From: Lingula anatina
Taxonomy: Eukaryota > Animalia > Brachiopoda
Assembly: GCA_051362555.1 (NCBI GenBank)
Contig: CM120649.1
Span: 17,808,567-17,872,566, forward strand
Direction: 5' to 3'
Length of the DNA: 64,000 bases
The notes under the pieces were generated by a model that ran no database searches, was not told the DNA's origin, and worked only from the letters and a program-made list of their open reading frames with translations. Positions 13,921 to 24,721 of this stretch are shown one piece after another. Within the stretch, counting starts at the first letter, position 1. Every line of letters starts with the position of its first letter. A program made the position numbers and the translations under genes.

Positions 13921-14812
13921 TACACCCCTTCTTCAAAAGAATTCGTCCTCGAATTCTAAAACTTTACAACATACGCTCCTTTTTCATTTTTTCGAAAGCA
14001 AAGCAAATACTAAAGAATACAAAATACGTAAATTTTCAAAAAGATTAAATGATAAGGTCACATATATGTCATCAATTTAAATGTTATACGCAAGTTCGTC
14101 AATTTCTGCAAAATGAAATAAAATAATAATGAAAGAAAATAATGATTATCTTCCTTAAATACTTCATTTCTACCACAAAGTCATGCAAAAATATAACTAA
14201 GAAAAGTAATTCTATATAATTAACTTATACATAAAGTTAAAAACACATTCGACATGAAACAAAAAAAAAAAAAAAAATATCACCTGAAGGAAGATAATGT
14301 AATAACTTTTTTTAAGAAAATGCAATTCTTCATTCCGGGGTAATGTCAGTGACTGACTTGTCAAAACATCTCGTCTGTATTTTGTCAGTTTACTATGCCT
14401 TCCATTATGATGTGGCGTGAATCTTGTGATAACTTGTATTACATCGTTTGGATGTAACGTTTACTCATATGAATAAGATCAATCTTCTTTGTTAAAAAGT
14501 TCTTCAGAAACAAAATTGTCTACACTCAACACCGCTGAGCGTGCTGATGCTGCCACAACATTACAGTAAAAATTCATAGAATCATGATTTCAAAAGGTCA
14601 ATGCTCATGGCTTTTTCAGTGTATACTGCATTAACTTAGCCTCTTTTAGAAAAAAGAAAATAAGAGTAGACAGAAAAATAGTAAACCGGTTTACATTTAA
14701 GGTTCAGTTAAGCTGTCTCACTGTTGTCCAAATTATACATTTGACCTCTGTGTACTTTTTTACAACGTGTAAGTGTACTATCTTTTTATTTACCAAGAGA
14801 TGTGTTTCCTTT

Positions 14813-17623
14813 TCAATTTCTACGTTTTCTTCGTCTTCCTTGTAACGTCTTATTGATATGATAATCTCTTTTTAATGCATCTGAAATATTTTCTTCAGGT
14901 TCCCAGGAAGTGTTCTTATAACCCTTCCATTTTACTTTGTAATGTCTCTTTGTGTTTATATTCTTACAACATAACAATTTTTCTACTTCATAATATTCGT
15001 ACGCGTCTTGCTTACTATCCGATGCAAGTTCCGCTTTATCTGTGTCATGAACGTCTCTATCTTGCGTTTCACTGGTTGTTTTATTCCCATTTGATTTGTT
15101 GTCTTGCTCATAATTACTTTCATTCAGCCTTTCGTATTTATTGTAATCTTTAGGGTCATAATACATTTTCAATCTGTTTGCATGAACAGGCGACTTATGT
15201 TCCTTGTGTGTTTTACAATCTCTCAAATAATACGTGCACCCTGTTGATAATATCTTTGTAATATAATATGGTCCTTTGTACTTGGTGTACAATTTAGAAC
15301 TTAATCCTTTAGGTGTCATTGGAGTATATATCCAAACTCTATCACCTACTTTATAACTCGGTTGCTTTGATTTAAGGTCATACCTTGCTTTATACTGTTT
15401 CTGAGCTACTTCCCTATTCTTTGTTGCAATTTCTTTTGCCGTTTTAAGGGCATCTTTCAATTCTTCAATGTACTGAGGTAAATTTTTATTCTCATGATGT
15501 TCAGGGATTAAATCACTATCCAATGGCGTACGCATTTCTCGTCCAAAAACTAAATAATAAGGAGAAAACTTTGTAGACTGTGTACAAGGAGTTGCACGTA
15601 ATGCCATCATTACTCCTGGAAGGATATCAGGCCAATTAGTTTGATCTTTCTCACAGTATGCTCTCAAAGTTTGAGCAATTATTGAATTAGTTCTTTCACA
15701 GGCTGCATTGCTTTGTGGATGCCATGCGCTAGTATGATAGCGCTTGATATGGAATAATTTACACAGCGATTGAATAATTTGAGACAAAAAATTCTTTCCT
15801 CGATCAGAAACGAGATATGACGGACAACCATATCTTGTAAACACTTCTCTGTAAAGAGTCTTGGCGATTTCTTTGGCTTCCTGAGTTTTCAAAGGTATTG
15901 CTTCAGCAAAATTAGAAAAAGAACACGTTACCAACAAAATGTACTTATATCCTTCTTTTGATTTGATTAAGGGACCTAATATATCCATATGCATTCTTTC
16001 AAACACGCCTGCGATGGGTAAAGGATTCAAAGGTGCTGGAGCATCTCTACGCAAATGCTTAACCTTTTGGCACACTTCACATGATTTGACGTACTCCATG
16101 ACGTCTTTATAAAGTGACTTCCAAAAATACTTATTCCTAATGGAGGCAAAAGTTCTATCACAACCTTGATGACCGCCACCTGTCAAGGAATCATGATATG
16201 TATGTAAAACGTCGCTTCTGAGTGTTTCAGGGACAGCTAATTGTTTTATTATTCGCAGCTTCTCTGGCATTCCTCGCGAACGCGGTTGATAAAGGTGATA
16301 CAAAACGTCATCTCTCATCACGTATTGATCTGATTCTGCGATGATTTTACGCGCTTGTTTCAAGTCGTCGGGTAAATCGTTTAGTTCCAGATATCTTATT
16401 ATATCTTGAAATTCAGGACATTCACGTTGGTCTTGTTTTAATTTTTCTTTCTCGTCTACATTTGTAACATCAACAACGTTTATGTCATCACATTGACTTA
16501 AGTGCTGCTCACTTCTCAATTTGCTAGTTTGTTTCGGTAAGTACAGCCTAGCTTGGGTGAAATTTTTATCTTGACACCTGTCAGTATCATCCGCGCTTAA
16601 GTGACTATCGTTGCTAACGGTATCTAAAACATTTACTGGTTCATATTCGCGTCTTGATAGTGCATCAGCTGGGTTTGTTTTTCCAGGTCTGTGTATTATT
16701 TCAAAATCTAAGCCTTGTAATTTTAATGACCATCTGATAAGCCTGCCAGATGTATGTTTCACATTTTGTAGCCACGAAATTGCTTTATTATCTGTATACA
16801 CTTTGAAGTGATTGTTAGACAAATATTGTTCAAATTGCTTTATTCCTTCAATAACTGCTAAACATTCTAATTCGTGAATGGTGTAGTTCTTTTCCGCGTT
16901 GTTCAAAGATCTCCCTCCATACGCAATAACTCTATCATGGTTGTTGTCATTCTTTTGACCTAAAATATAACCTATAGCTGTCGTAGATGCGTCCGTTGTT
17001 AATGTAAACTCGCGCGACATATCTGGATAAGCCAGTATTGGTGGTGACATTAACGCTTCTTTTAATGTTTGAAATGACGCTTCACATTCAGGACTCCATA
17101 AGAATTGTACATCTTTCCTTAAAAGTTTATTTAAGGGATCTGCTATTTTACTGAAGCCTTTTATAAATTTTCTGTAGAAGTTACACAACCCTAAAAAACT
17201 TCTTACATCTTTAACAACTTTTGGTGTTGGAAACGATTTTATGGCTTCAAGATTTTTCTCGTCTGGTCTTATTCCATTTTTATCAATTACATGACCTAAA
17301 TATTTAGCTTTTGGTGTTGCAAACTTACATTTTGATGGTTTTAGTCTAAGGTTTGCAGATCTTAGTTTTTGGAATACTTGATTTAAATGTTTTAAATGAT
17401 CTTCAAACGTCTTACTCATGACCAAAATGTCATCAATGTATATCAGTATTGTTTTCCAATTCATGTCTCTAAAAATGTGACTCATTAAGGCCTGGAAGCT
17501 AACACCAGCGTTACGAAGGCCATACGCTAAACGTAAGAATTGGAAGTGTCCGTGGTGTGTGATGAACGCAGTCTTGTGTTTAGTTTCAGGGTCAAGAGGT
17601 AATTGCCAGTATGCGCCTGCCAT
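14813..17623 (-). CDS. pol: Gypsy Pol remainder: RT, RNase H, integrase, chromodomain
   Basis: RT YIDD; RNase H TTDAS...ELECLA...YTDN; integrase H..GHQG..CEVC, HMD, SDRG, ERTN; GPY motif; C-terminal YEVEKLL...YKVKWKGY..SWEPEENI. Confidence 0.95.
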   Translation of the reverse strand: MAGAYWQLPLDPETKHKTAFITHHGHFQFLRLAYGLRNAGVSFQALMSHIFRDMNWKTILIYIDDILVMSKTFEDHLKHLNQVFQKLRSANLRLKPSKCKFATPKAKYLGHVIDKNGIRPDEKNLEAIKSFPTPKVVKDVRSFLGLCNFYRKFIKGFSKIADPLNKLLRKDVQFLWSPECEASFQTLKEALMSPPILAYPDMSREFTLTTDASTTAIGYILGQKNDNNHDRVIAYGGRSLNNAEKNYTIHELECLAVIEGIKQFEQYLSNNHFKVYTDNKAISWLQNVKHTSGRLIRWSLKLQGLDFEIIHRPGKTNPADALSRREYEPVNVLDTVSNDSHLSADDTDRCQDKNFTQARLYLPKQTSKLRSEQHLSQCDDINVVDVTNVDEKEKLKQDQRECPEFQDIIRYLELNDLPDDLKQARKIIAESDQYVMRDDVLYHLYQPRSRGMPEKLRIIKQLAVPETLRSDVLHTYHDSLTGGGHQGCDRTFASIRNKYFWKSLYKDVMEYVKSCEVCQKVKHLRRDAPAPLNPLPIAGVFERMHMDILGPLIKSKEGYKYILLVTCSFSNFAEAIPLKTQEAKEIAKTLYREVFTRYGCPSYLVSDRGKNFLSQIIQSLCKLFHIKRYHTSAWHPQSNAACERTNSIIAQTLRAYCEKDQTNWPDILPGVMMALRATPCTQSTKFSPYYLVFGREMRTPLDSDLIPEHHENKNLPQYIEELKDALKTAKEIATKNREVAQKQYKARYDLKSKQPSYKVGDRVWIYTPMTPKGLSSKLYTKYKGPYYITKILSTGCTYYLRDCKTHKEHKSPVHANRLKMYYDPKDYNKYERLNESNYEQDNKSNGNKTTSETQDRDVHDTDKAELASDSKQDAYEYYEVEKLLCCKNINTKRHYKVKWKGYKNTSWEPEENISDALKRDYHINKTLQGRRRKRRN

Positions 17624-17666
17624 ATCTAAACTAGAAAAATATCTAGCACCTGATGTACCTATCGTT

Positions 17667-19823
17667 TCAAAAACATCTTCTAAACGTTGGTAGTGGCCAG
17701 TGCATGGGTTTTGTGACTTTGTTCAACTTCCGGTAATCAATCGCGAATCTGTATTCTCCATTTTTCTTTTTTACAAGTACTACTGGACTACTGTACTCGC
17801 TCATGCTTTCTTCGATTATGCCATGTTTTAACATATCGTCTACTTGTTTGACAATTTCATCTTTCAACTTTGGTGACGCACGATAAAATGTTTGTTTAAC
17901 AGGGATATCATTTATTGTGTCAATTCTATGTTGATACATATTTGCTGAACCTAACTCTGATAGATTGGTAGCAAAAACTTCACGATTACGTCCTAACAAA
18001 ATTTTCAACTGTTGTTTCTGATCTTCACTCATGTCTGAATCGGCAAAGTTTATATTTAATTCATCTGCATTCCGCAATGCTTCTTGATCTGATAACCTCT
18101 CACCTTTTTGTGCTGTATCTCCCTTTGACATTTCATTTAAAGCACTGACGCTTGCCAGACTCACTGAACTTGCAACAGCTAATATTGTTCTTTTAGGAAT
18201 AAAAATACTTTCATCGCTAGGGTTCATTATTCTGTAAGCGGATTTATTTTTATCAATGGAAACCAAACATTTTGCTCCGATAAGTTTTTTCTTTGACTCG
18301 AGCTTTCGTACTGGTTCTAGTAAAGCTACTGAAACAGAGGAAGAATGTGATATTTTCACTGGTATTAAGCATTCACATCTTGGTGGAATAAATTCTGATT
18401 TAAAGTTACGCACTAAACCTAATACAGGTGGACTATACAAAGGTAAGAGCAAATTATAATCAGGCAATGCCATGCTATCAGACGATAAATCAATTTTTAC
18501 ATTGTGTTTTCTTAAGAAATCTGTGCCTAATATCAAACCTCTTGGCAATTGACTAAATACGTGGACTTTATGCTTTATGATCACATCACCAAAACAAAGA
18601 GGTAACTCTACTTTTCCTAAAACTTTGATCACAGATCCATCAACAACTGAAACTTCTTTTAAAGATGGTTTTTCGTATGCATTTCGATCTTTCTTTCCTA
18701 GTTTTGATAAAAGAGATTCTGATACACAAGATATGACGGCACCTGTGTCAACCAAAGCATTGACATGTTGTTTGTCGATTTGAATTGATATTAGATTATT
18801 AGCTTGGTAATCGGAAATAATAGAAATTGGCACTTTTTTATCTTCAGTTTTGATATAAAACCTATTCCTCTTTCTTAGTCGTTTGTTTACACGTGTAGCT
18901 TGACAGACTTTCGCTACGTGCCCAATCTTACCACAAAAATAACAACTAAAACTGCGAGCAAAACAATTTGGTCTAAGATGCGTGTACTCACCACATCCTT
19001 GACATCTTGGCCATTTCTTTATCGGTTTGCTCTGTTGAGGATAACTCGAACGTTCAACTGGTGGTAATCTGTGATCTGGGCGTCGCAGATAAATGTTTCG
19101 CTGGAGCATACGTCTTGGGCCGTTGGCGTTGTGCCAGAACTTTTTGGGAGGCGCATAAGGACTCGCTCTTGGGGGTGCCAAGTTTCTTTCATCACTAGTT
19201 AGCTTTGGGTTTTGTACCATGTGGATCGCCGACTGTGCGCTGGTACGTACGGCATCACTGATGGAGTTCTGCAACGCGTCTATTTTCTCCGTTATCATCT
19301 TTATTTCAGTTCGTTGGTTTCTTTTGCTCGGCTGCACCGCATTTTCCGCGATGCGCGCATGGTGCATCAAGGACTCAAAATCAGATGGCTCCCTCTGCAC
19401 TACGAAGGGGCGGATCTCGGGGAGTATCCCGTTTATAATCACCGTAAGGGCCGTTCCCTCATCTAAACGCGCACGTTTGGCGTCGTGGCGCATTGCCGCA
19501 ATGTAGTTCTGCACCGGTTCTTCTGGCAGCTGATGCCGTCTAAAAAATTCTGAAGCTCTCGCCCACGTTTCTCCGTCTCTTAGTTGGTACCTGGCACGGA
19601 ACTCGCGGACGAGCAATTCCCAATTTTTTTGTACTGTAGCTGGCAACAACTCATACCAGTCTATGGCGGATTGCTTGAGCAACAGAGGAAACAAGGCGGT
19701 AATTTGGACTTCTTCTAATTTTTTATACAGTGTATAGTTTTCAAACTGCTTTAGCCACCTTTCGATATCTTCGTTTCCGTTACCAGAAAACTTTTCTGGC
19801 GCCAAAGATAAATCTGAGGACAT
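17667..19823 (-). CDS. gag-pol: Gypsy Gag-protease-RT(N-terminal) ORF, cut by a +1 frameshift
   Basis: Gag capsid-like start PEKFSGNGNEDIERWLKQFE; two CCHC knuckles (CQGCGEYTHLRPNC, CYFCGKIGHVAKVC); aspartic protease LVDTGA; RT start SSPVVLVKKKNGEYRFAIDYRKLN. Confidence 0.93.
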   Translation of the reverse strand: MSSDLSLAPEKFSGNGNEDIERWLKQFENYTLYKKLEEVQITALFPLLLKQSAIDWYELLPATVQKNWELLVREFRARYQLRDGETWARASEFFRRHQLPEEPVQNYIAAMRHDAKRARLDEGTALTVIINGILPEIRPFVVQREPSDFESLMHHARIAENAVQPSKRNQRTEIKMITEKIDALQNSISDAVRTSAQSAIHMVQNPKLTSDERNLAPPRASPYAPPKKFWHNANGPRRMLQRNIYLRRPDHRLPPVERSSYPQQSKPIKKWPRCQGCGEYTHLRPNCFARSFSCYFCGKIGHVAKVCQATRVNKRLRKRNRFYIKTEDKKVPISIISDYQANNLISIQIDKQHVNALVDTGAVISCVSESLLSKLGKKDRNAYEKPSLKEVSVVDGSVIKVLGKVELPLCFGDVIIKHKVHVFSQLPRGLILGTDFLRKHNVKIDLSSDSMALPDYNLLLPLYSPPVLGLVRNFKSEFIPPRCECLIPVKISHSSSVSVALLEPVRKLESKKKLIGAKCLVSIDKNKSAYRIMNPSDESIFIPKRTILAVASSVSLASVSALNEMSKGDTAQKGERLSDQEALRNADELNINFADSDMSEDQKQQLKILLGRNREVFATNLSELGSANMYQHRIDTINDIPVKQTFYRASPKLKDEIVKQVDDMLKHGIIEESMSEYSSPVVLVKKKNGEYRFAIDYRKLNKVTKPMHWPLPTFRRCF

Positions 19824-20047
19824 CTTCGTCTTTTTTCAGTTATTAATAGTTGCTAGGGTAATGACTTTTAGTTATTTTCATTACTCAGCATACTCGGTTT
19901 CCTCTGCGCTGAGACACTGACGATGTTTGCCTCTGGGTGGATGGTGTGAACTCATCGGTGTCTACGCTCCTGCTGCCGTCATCACCATAACTTTATCGCC
20001 GTTCCGCTTGCCTCGGTAGAGCGGGGATCGATTTTTCCTCCACCACT

Positions 20048-20517
20048 TGTTATAGTGAGGAATGACGACAGCAGTTTGGAGCTTTCGAACGTTTATTCAC
20101 CGACTCTCTTTTTCACAGAATGTACAAGTTTTTATACACTATTTTCCATTCTCAAATTTCCCATTCTCATATTACAAAACTCTATTCAATATTTCCTAAT
20201 TTAGTAATTTAAATGAAACTTGTTTATGATTTAAAATATTTAAAATATTTTCCGAATTACTTATCTTGGATCCTGTCCAATTCAAGTATACATGAGTTCT
20301 ACACGTGTTAAACACGCGCAAATCGATAGAAAAATTAACCAATCGGATCCAACTATTTTGGACTCTGAAACGTTCCACCCTTTCCATCTTCGAGAACAGT
20401 CTCTACACTCGTTGACACTTTAAGAAATTTACTTTGTACTCGATAACTTTCTACACATTTGATTCTGTTTTAATTGTTTTGTAATTGCCGAAAGTGTATG
20501 TCATTTGCTTTACAACA
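20048..20517 (-). repeat. 5' LTR (470 bp)
   Basis: Direct repeat of 13461-13920; begins TG, ends CA, followed by the PBS. Confidence 0.97.
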
Positions 20518-20774
20518 ATTTGTTTAAGACCAACTTTCAATATGGGATCTCTGTCACAAAACGTACGAATAATAGCGGCCCAAGCTTAGCCTTGTACGTC
20601 TCGTTTTTCGGAAAAAATCTTGAAGACTTAAGGGATTTTAACACTTATTTTGCGGTCTTTACACTAGGCTCTTACTCATAACTGTCCCCAATACCTAATT
20701 AATTTTAATTGTTGCCATATCCTTTCTTTCAAAGAGTTTATTGCAACAGGTAGCTTATTCTAGAGAAGTCTTAC

Positions 20775-20875
20775 CTCCAAATATTGAATGTTCAGCTCTG
20801 CCGTCGAAACGAAAACCAGTGTTGTTTTCCCTGTGTATGATGCCAGCTGTGATGTAATGGTGTATTTATATATAA
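20775..20875 (-). promoter_or_regulatory. Probable TATA promoter and non-coding first exon of the beta-propeller lectin gene
   Basis: Minus-strand TATATAAA at about 20873-20864, then about 65 nt without ATG ending in GAG|gtaaga (donor at 20774). A matching acceptor ctttcag lies at 13215, just upstream of the lectin ATG. Confidence 0.65.
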
Positions 20876-22299
20876 TTTAGCTGATGGTCGTCTATTCAGG
20901 AATATTCTATACAGAACCTACGGCCAATTTATCTTGCTTTGGTTTCTTCATGCCATCATTATGCATTTTTCTGTAATTTAGCTGTCGGCCCGCTATTAAA
21001 TTGCACCGGTTTCTATGCCGTGTTCAAAAAGCGAAAAGAAATGTGTTGACGCTTTGAGGAATCAACACATTCGCTCTTATTAAGCTGTCTACAAGGGGGC
21101 AAATGTCTTAAATTGATGGTTCAGGCAAACAAAGACCCACCCCTTTATAACAGTACATACATACAGAAAAAAGTAAATCCCAAACTTTCACCAACAAGAA
21201 ATTAAATTATCACGAGGATCAATGTCTACCCATGGAGTTAGCTTATCTTTTGGAGAAATATCCCACAGTGCACTGCGTCGTGACGTAGACTGGGCAGCAG
21301 GAAAATAAGTCTTGACCAGCGTATCTAGGGACTGGGGGCTTAATTATAAAAACCTTTACTGCCATTAGGACACCTTTAACGGTCTTTTCAAAGCTTAAAC
21401 CTGTCATGCATTGCGCCCAACCGAATACTATATGGCAATTGTTAGTCTTGGTTAATGGAGGTATATGTCAGGATATTTTTGTATTATTTTGACCCGTTTT
21501 AAGAAACCGTGGACCCCCGAGATCTACCTCTGGGAACGTCAGGCCGGAAGATATCCTCACATAACTTAATGAAAACCAAACTTAAACTGTAGAAACGTTG
21601 TTTTGTTAATTTCTTTTTCTTCTGAATCTTTTTAGTATTGAGAATTTTAAAAGTACATTTTGCCTTCAGGCATCTACCCCGCTCTGATCTGTGACTGGAA
21701 TACCTACTAGTACGTCACAGTCTCGCTAGGTACACTGCATTGTGGGATTGATTTGAGTAAATAACTTGGATCTACGTGGAAAGAGCGGTTCCTTTAAAAT
21801 TTCTGCATTTATTATTTTCTATTGATTCACAACGGTAGTAATTAGTACGTGTTACTTACTTAAAGATGTTTTCATTGAGTTTGGTTTTTATTCATGTTAT
21901 TGGAGTTTTTTTTAATAATCAGAAAAGCATCTAGAATGAACTGATCTGTTTTAAACCTAAATTCAAATTTTGTTTTATACCTGCACATACAGCACACAGA
22001 CATTTAAGTTAATCACGCCTCCTTTTTATTTTTTTATGTATTTATTTATTTATTTATTTACGTATAATTACTATTATTATTTTTGAGGGGGGGGGGGGTA
22101 AAATAAATGACAGTCAATGAGTTACCAGTATAAGCCTAATATTCGTGCAGAACAGACCAAAGGTTTTACGTCTGCCACACACGAAAGAAGTCTCCCCATG
22201 AGAAAGAGGAAAATTATTATCAATAAAAAATTCGCTGAAAAAAAGACAGAATATAACTTTACGGATATTGTGCCATTCCAACCGTCTTATGACTGGACC

Positions 22300-23450
22300 A
22301 CCATTGATGATTTCAACCGCAATTACAATACGAAACATTAATGTAGATCTCCGTAGTCCGAAAACTTAATATACAATTCAAATTTTAACATAAAATTCAA
22401 ATCCGGCCAAAGTACGAGGAGTTAATGGGTTTGTTTTTAAATTCTTTACATAAAATTATCTCATGCAAGAAACCATGCATGATAAGTGGTGTGACAACAT
22501 ACATCTATATTTTTGACTGTTTTTTGTCCATATGAACGTTTTTGATCGGAGAGTTCATTGATATGATGCAATATACAGAGGTATCATGCGACCAGATACT
22601 TTTTCCCTCTCATTCCACCCCTTCAGAATAATATTTCTGAAAATATATGGTGCAAGGTGAAGGATACTTTGTGCTGAAGTTTTCCAATGGACATTGGAGG
22701 TTTCAGTTGGTTAAGTTCTTGGTAAATATCCAGTGCCTGGAGTGCCTGGATATGCACACAAAATAGACTGTTCTAACAGACACGACGATATCAGAAATTT
22801 AAGTCCACCTTTGAATAAAAGAGAACTCAGTTTATTAACACTTAGTCTATTAACACTAAATTCTTGTGCTTTCCTAACGTTTTCATAATCAGAATCATGC
22901 CTTACTGTAAATAAACTAACTTGAATTTAGCCTAAACTTGACAGGCATTCATTAGATTTTCAACGTGTGTGAACAGCATCCAGCCCCGTTACTAGACCAC
23001 GCCTTCTTTGTCACGGGCAGATGCTATGACATTGCTGTGGGGAGGGGAGGGGCCATAGTTATTGGGAGTTTATAGGTTATAAGCCCTTTATATCCAAACC
23101 CGTTATTAAACCACTCCCCTTTGTCACAGTTGCTATGAAATTGCTATGGTTGGGGAGGGGCCTAAGTTATTGACATTATCTCAAGCAAAGAAACCATGAT
23201 AACAGTTTTGAGAATTTTGGTGCCCATGTCTATGTGCTTGACTGGAAAGTTCAATACAATATGATGCACTGACACAAACCAACGCCACCTCTTACTGAAA
23301 TAATTCAATGTTTTCAACCGCAAATAAAATACAAAACATTAATGTAAATTTCCGTAGTTCGACGACTTATTTCCTCGTTGATGTACAATTCAAATTTTGA
23401 TATAAAATTCAAATTCAACCTCGGCAAGGCACTTAATGGGTGTTTTTTTA
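22300..23450 (+). repeat. Old local duplications (22310-22440 ~ 23310-23450; 22435-22570 ~ 23175-23270; 22985-23070 ~ 23100-23172)
   Basis: Shared blocks such as tttcaaccgcaa..a.aatac.aaacattaatgta, tacaattcaaatttt...ataaaattcaaat and ctttgtcac...tgctatga.attgct..gg..ggg.aggggcc. Confidence 0.65.
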
Positions 23451-23731
23451 AATACTGCATTCAAAGCTGTCGCAATGATGGAGATATTTTTTGACAAATA
23501 ACACCTTTACTTTCATCTGTAATTCACTGCATTACTATTATGCCGGTGGTGCTTACATACGTATATTAATACGATATCTTTTTAAGGACATGAGTGGATT
23601 TTGGTTCTTCGGCAATTCTTCAGCAATTCGTCAGTTTGGGTTTTGAAAGGAGTGTCACCCCAGTGCTGCCAACACTGGAAACTGAATGTGGAAATCAAGA
23701 ATCAATTTTTCACCATTTCTGATTTAGTTCA

Positions 23732-23882
23732 GATCCGGCTGCTACATGGCCATTCTGATCTATAAACAGAGGCCTCGCTTTGTCGTTAACCACCACCCTC
23801 CCCAAACAGACGAAATGAAACTGGGTCTGAAGGTTTATCGTTGTACCAAGGTTATGGTTATGGTCACCGAGCTGACCTGTAA
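23732..23882 (+). pseudogene. Decayed paralogous copy of exon 3 of the CGPNYCCC gene
   Basis: ttcag acceptor then SGCYMAILIYKQRPRFVVNHHPPQTDEMKLGLKVYR, against SGCYEAIHIYKQRPRFAVNHDYPQPDAMKLGLKIYR at 25564. It then shifts frame and lacks the Cys-rich tail; no matching exons 1-2 were seen. Confidence 0.8.
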
Positions 23883-24629
23883 CTTTGATATAAGATTTAT
23901 TAAGAAGCGGACCCGATCTGAATCTTCTTTCTTTGAAAAGTGGCTTAATTATGATGGTATAATAAATCTTTCCATCCGCCGTTATCACGGATATGAGGAG
24001 AATTGTTCCGCATTCTCCGTAGCCACTAGTCCATATATATACCAGTAGTGACAGATATTTAGATAAACGTGCCTTTTTGAACGTGTGTCAACACAATTTA
24101 TGACTGCAGCCATTTTTGATAATTATCCTCAATTTGGCTGAGGAAAATTGTTGGCCTAAAGCAATATGCTTGTTATTATATTTTTTAATGTTACACGTCA
24201 GTACACTGGCAGATGTATTGCGTTGTTGAATTTCTTTATTGCATTATAATAACACCTTGGGTATGTGCAAAGTAAACTAATCTAAGTAAAGCTTGTCGAG
24301 TTTCAACTGAATTTGAAGAGTGATTTAAAATGGTGGTAAAAAATACACATAAATCTCGTGATTAAAGACGCGACCTTTATAAATAATGTATCATTTCACA
24401 TAAAATACATCATTCATCACTGCAACGTGCAAGTGTTTAATCATTATTTTGTTAAAACATAACTAATATTGGTACTCTAAACTTTTTTATCATTGATTTA
24501 TAGTCCATTAATCATGTAGAAGGAACTACGTGTTTTTCATTTCGTCTTGGTCAAACCAGGAAACTGTTTTTAACCAGAACAACAACATGACTCATCAAGG
24601 TCATTAATGCAAGTGGTCCGGTTTCATGG

Positions 24630-24638
24630 TATATAAGG
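24630..24638 (+). promoter_or_regulatory. TATA box of the small Cys-rich gene
   Basis: TATATAAGG about 90 nt upstream of the ATG at 24722. Confidence 0.55.
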
Positions 24639-24721
24639 ACGAGTACGGTTCGTGGCACCTTATTGACCGGAGGCTCTTTCGCTAAAAACGCTTTTTTTTT
24701 GTTTAAAGAGACCGCTTAGAG

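Larger units (their letters stand above)
13461..20517 (-). mobile_element. Full-length Ty3/Gypsy LTR retrotransposon with integrase chromodomain
   Basis: TG...CA LTRs at 20048-20517 (5') and 13461-13920 (3'); 4-bp TSD ATTT (13457-13460 and 20518-20521); PBS TGGTGGAG (complementary to a tRNA-Ala 3' end) after the 5' LTR; PPT gaagaaggggtgta before the 3' LTR; domain order Gag-PR-RT-RH-IN-chromo. Confidence 0.97.

Noticed and set aside
13921-14812. Possible env or extra ORF in the Gypsy 3' region
   Set aside because: No ORF of meaningful length, signal peptide or transmembrane segment was seen; treated as 3' UTR.
17660-17700. Programmed ribosomal frameshift between the two Gypsy ORFs
   Set aside because: The break lies inside the RT domain with no slippery heptamer at the site; a 1-bp insertion explains it.
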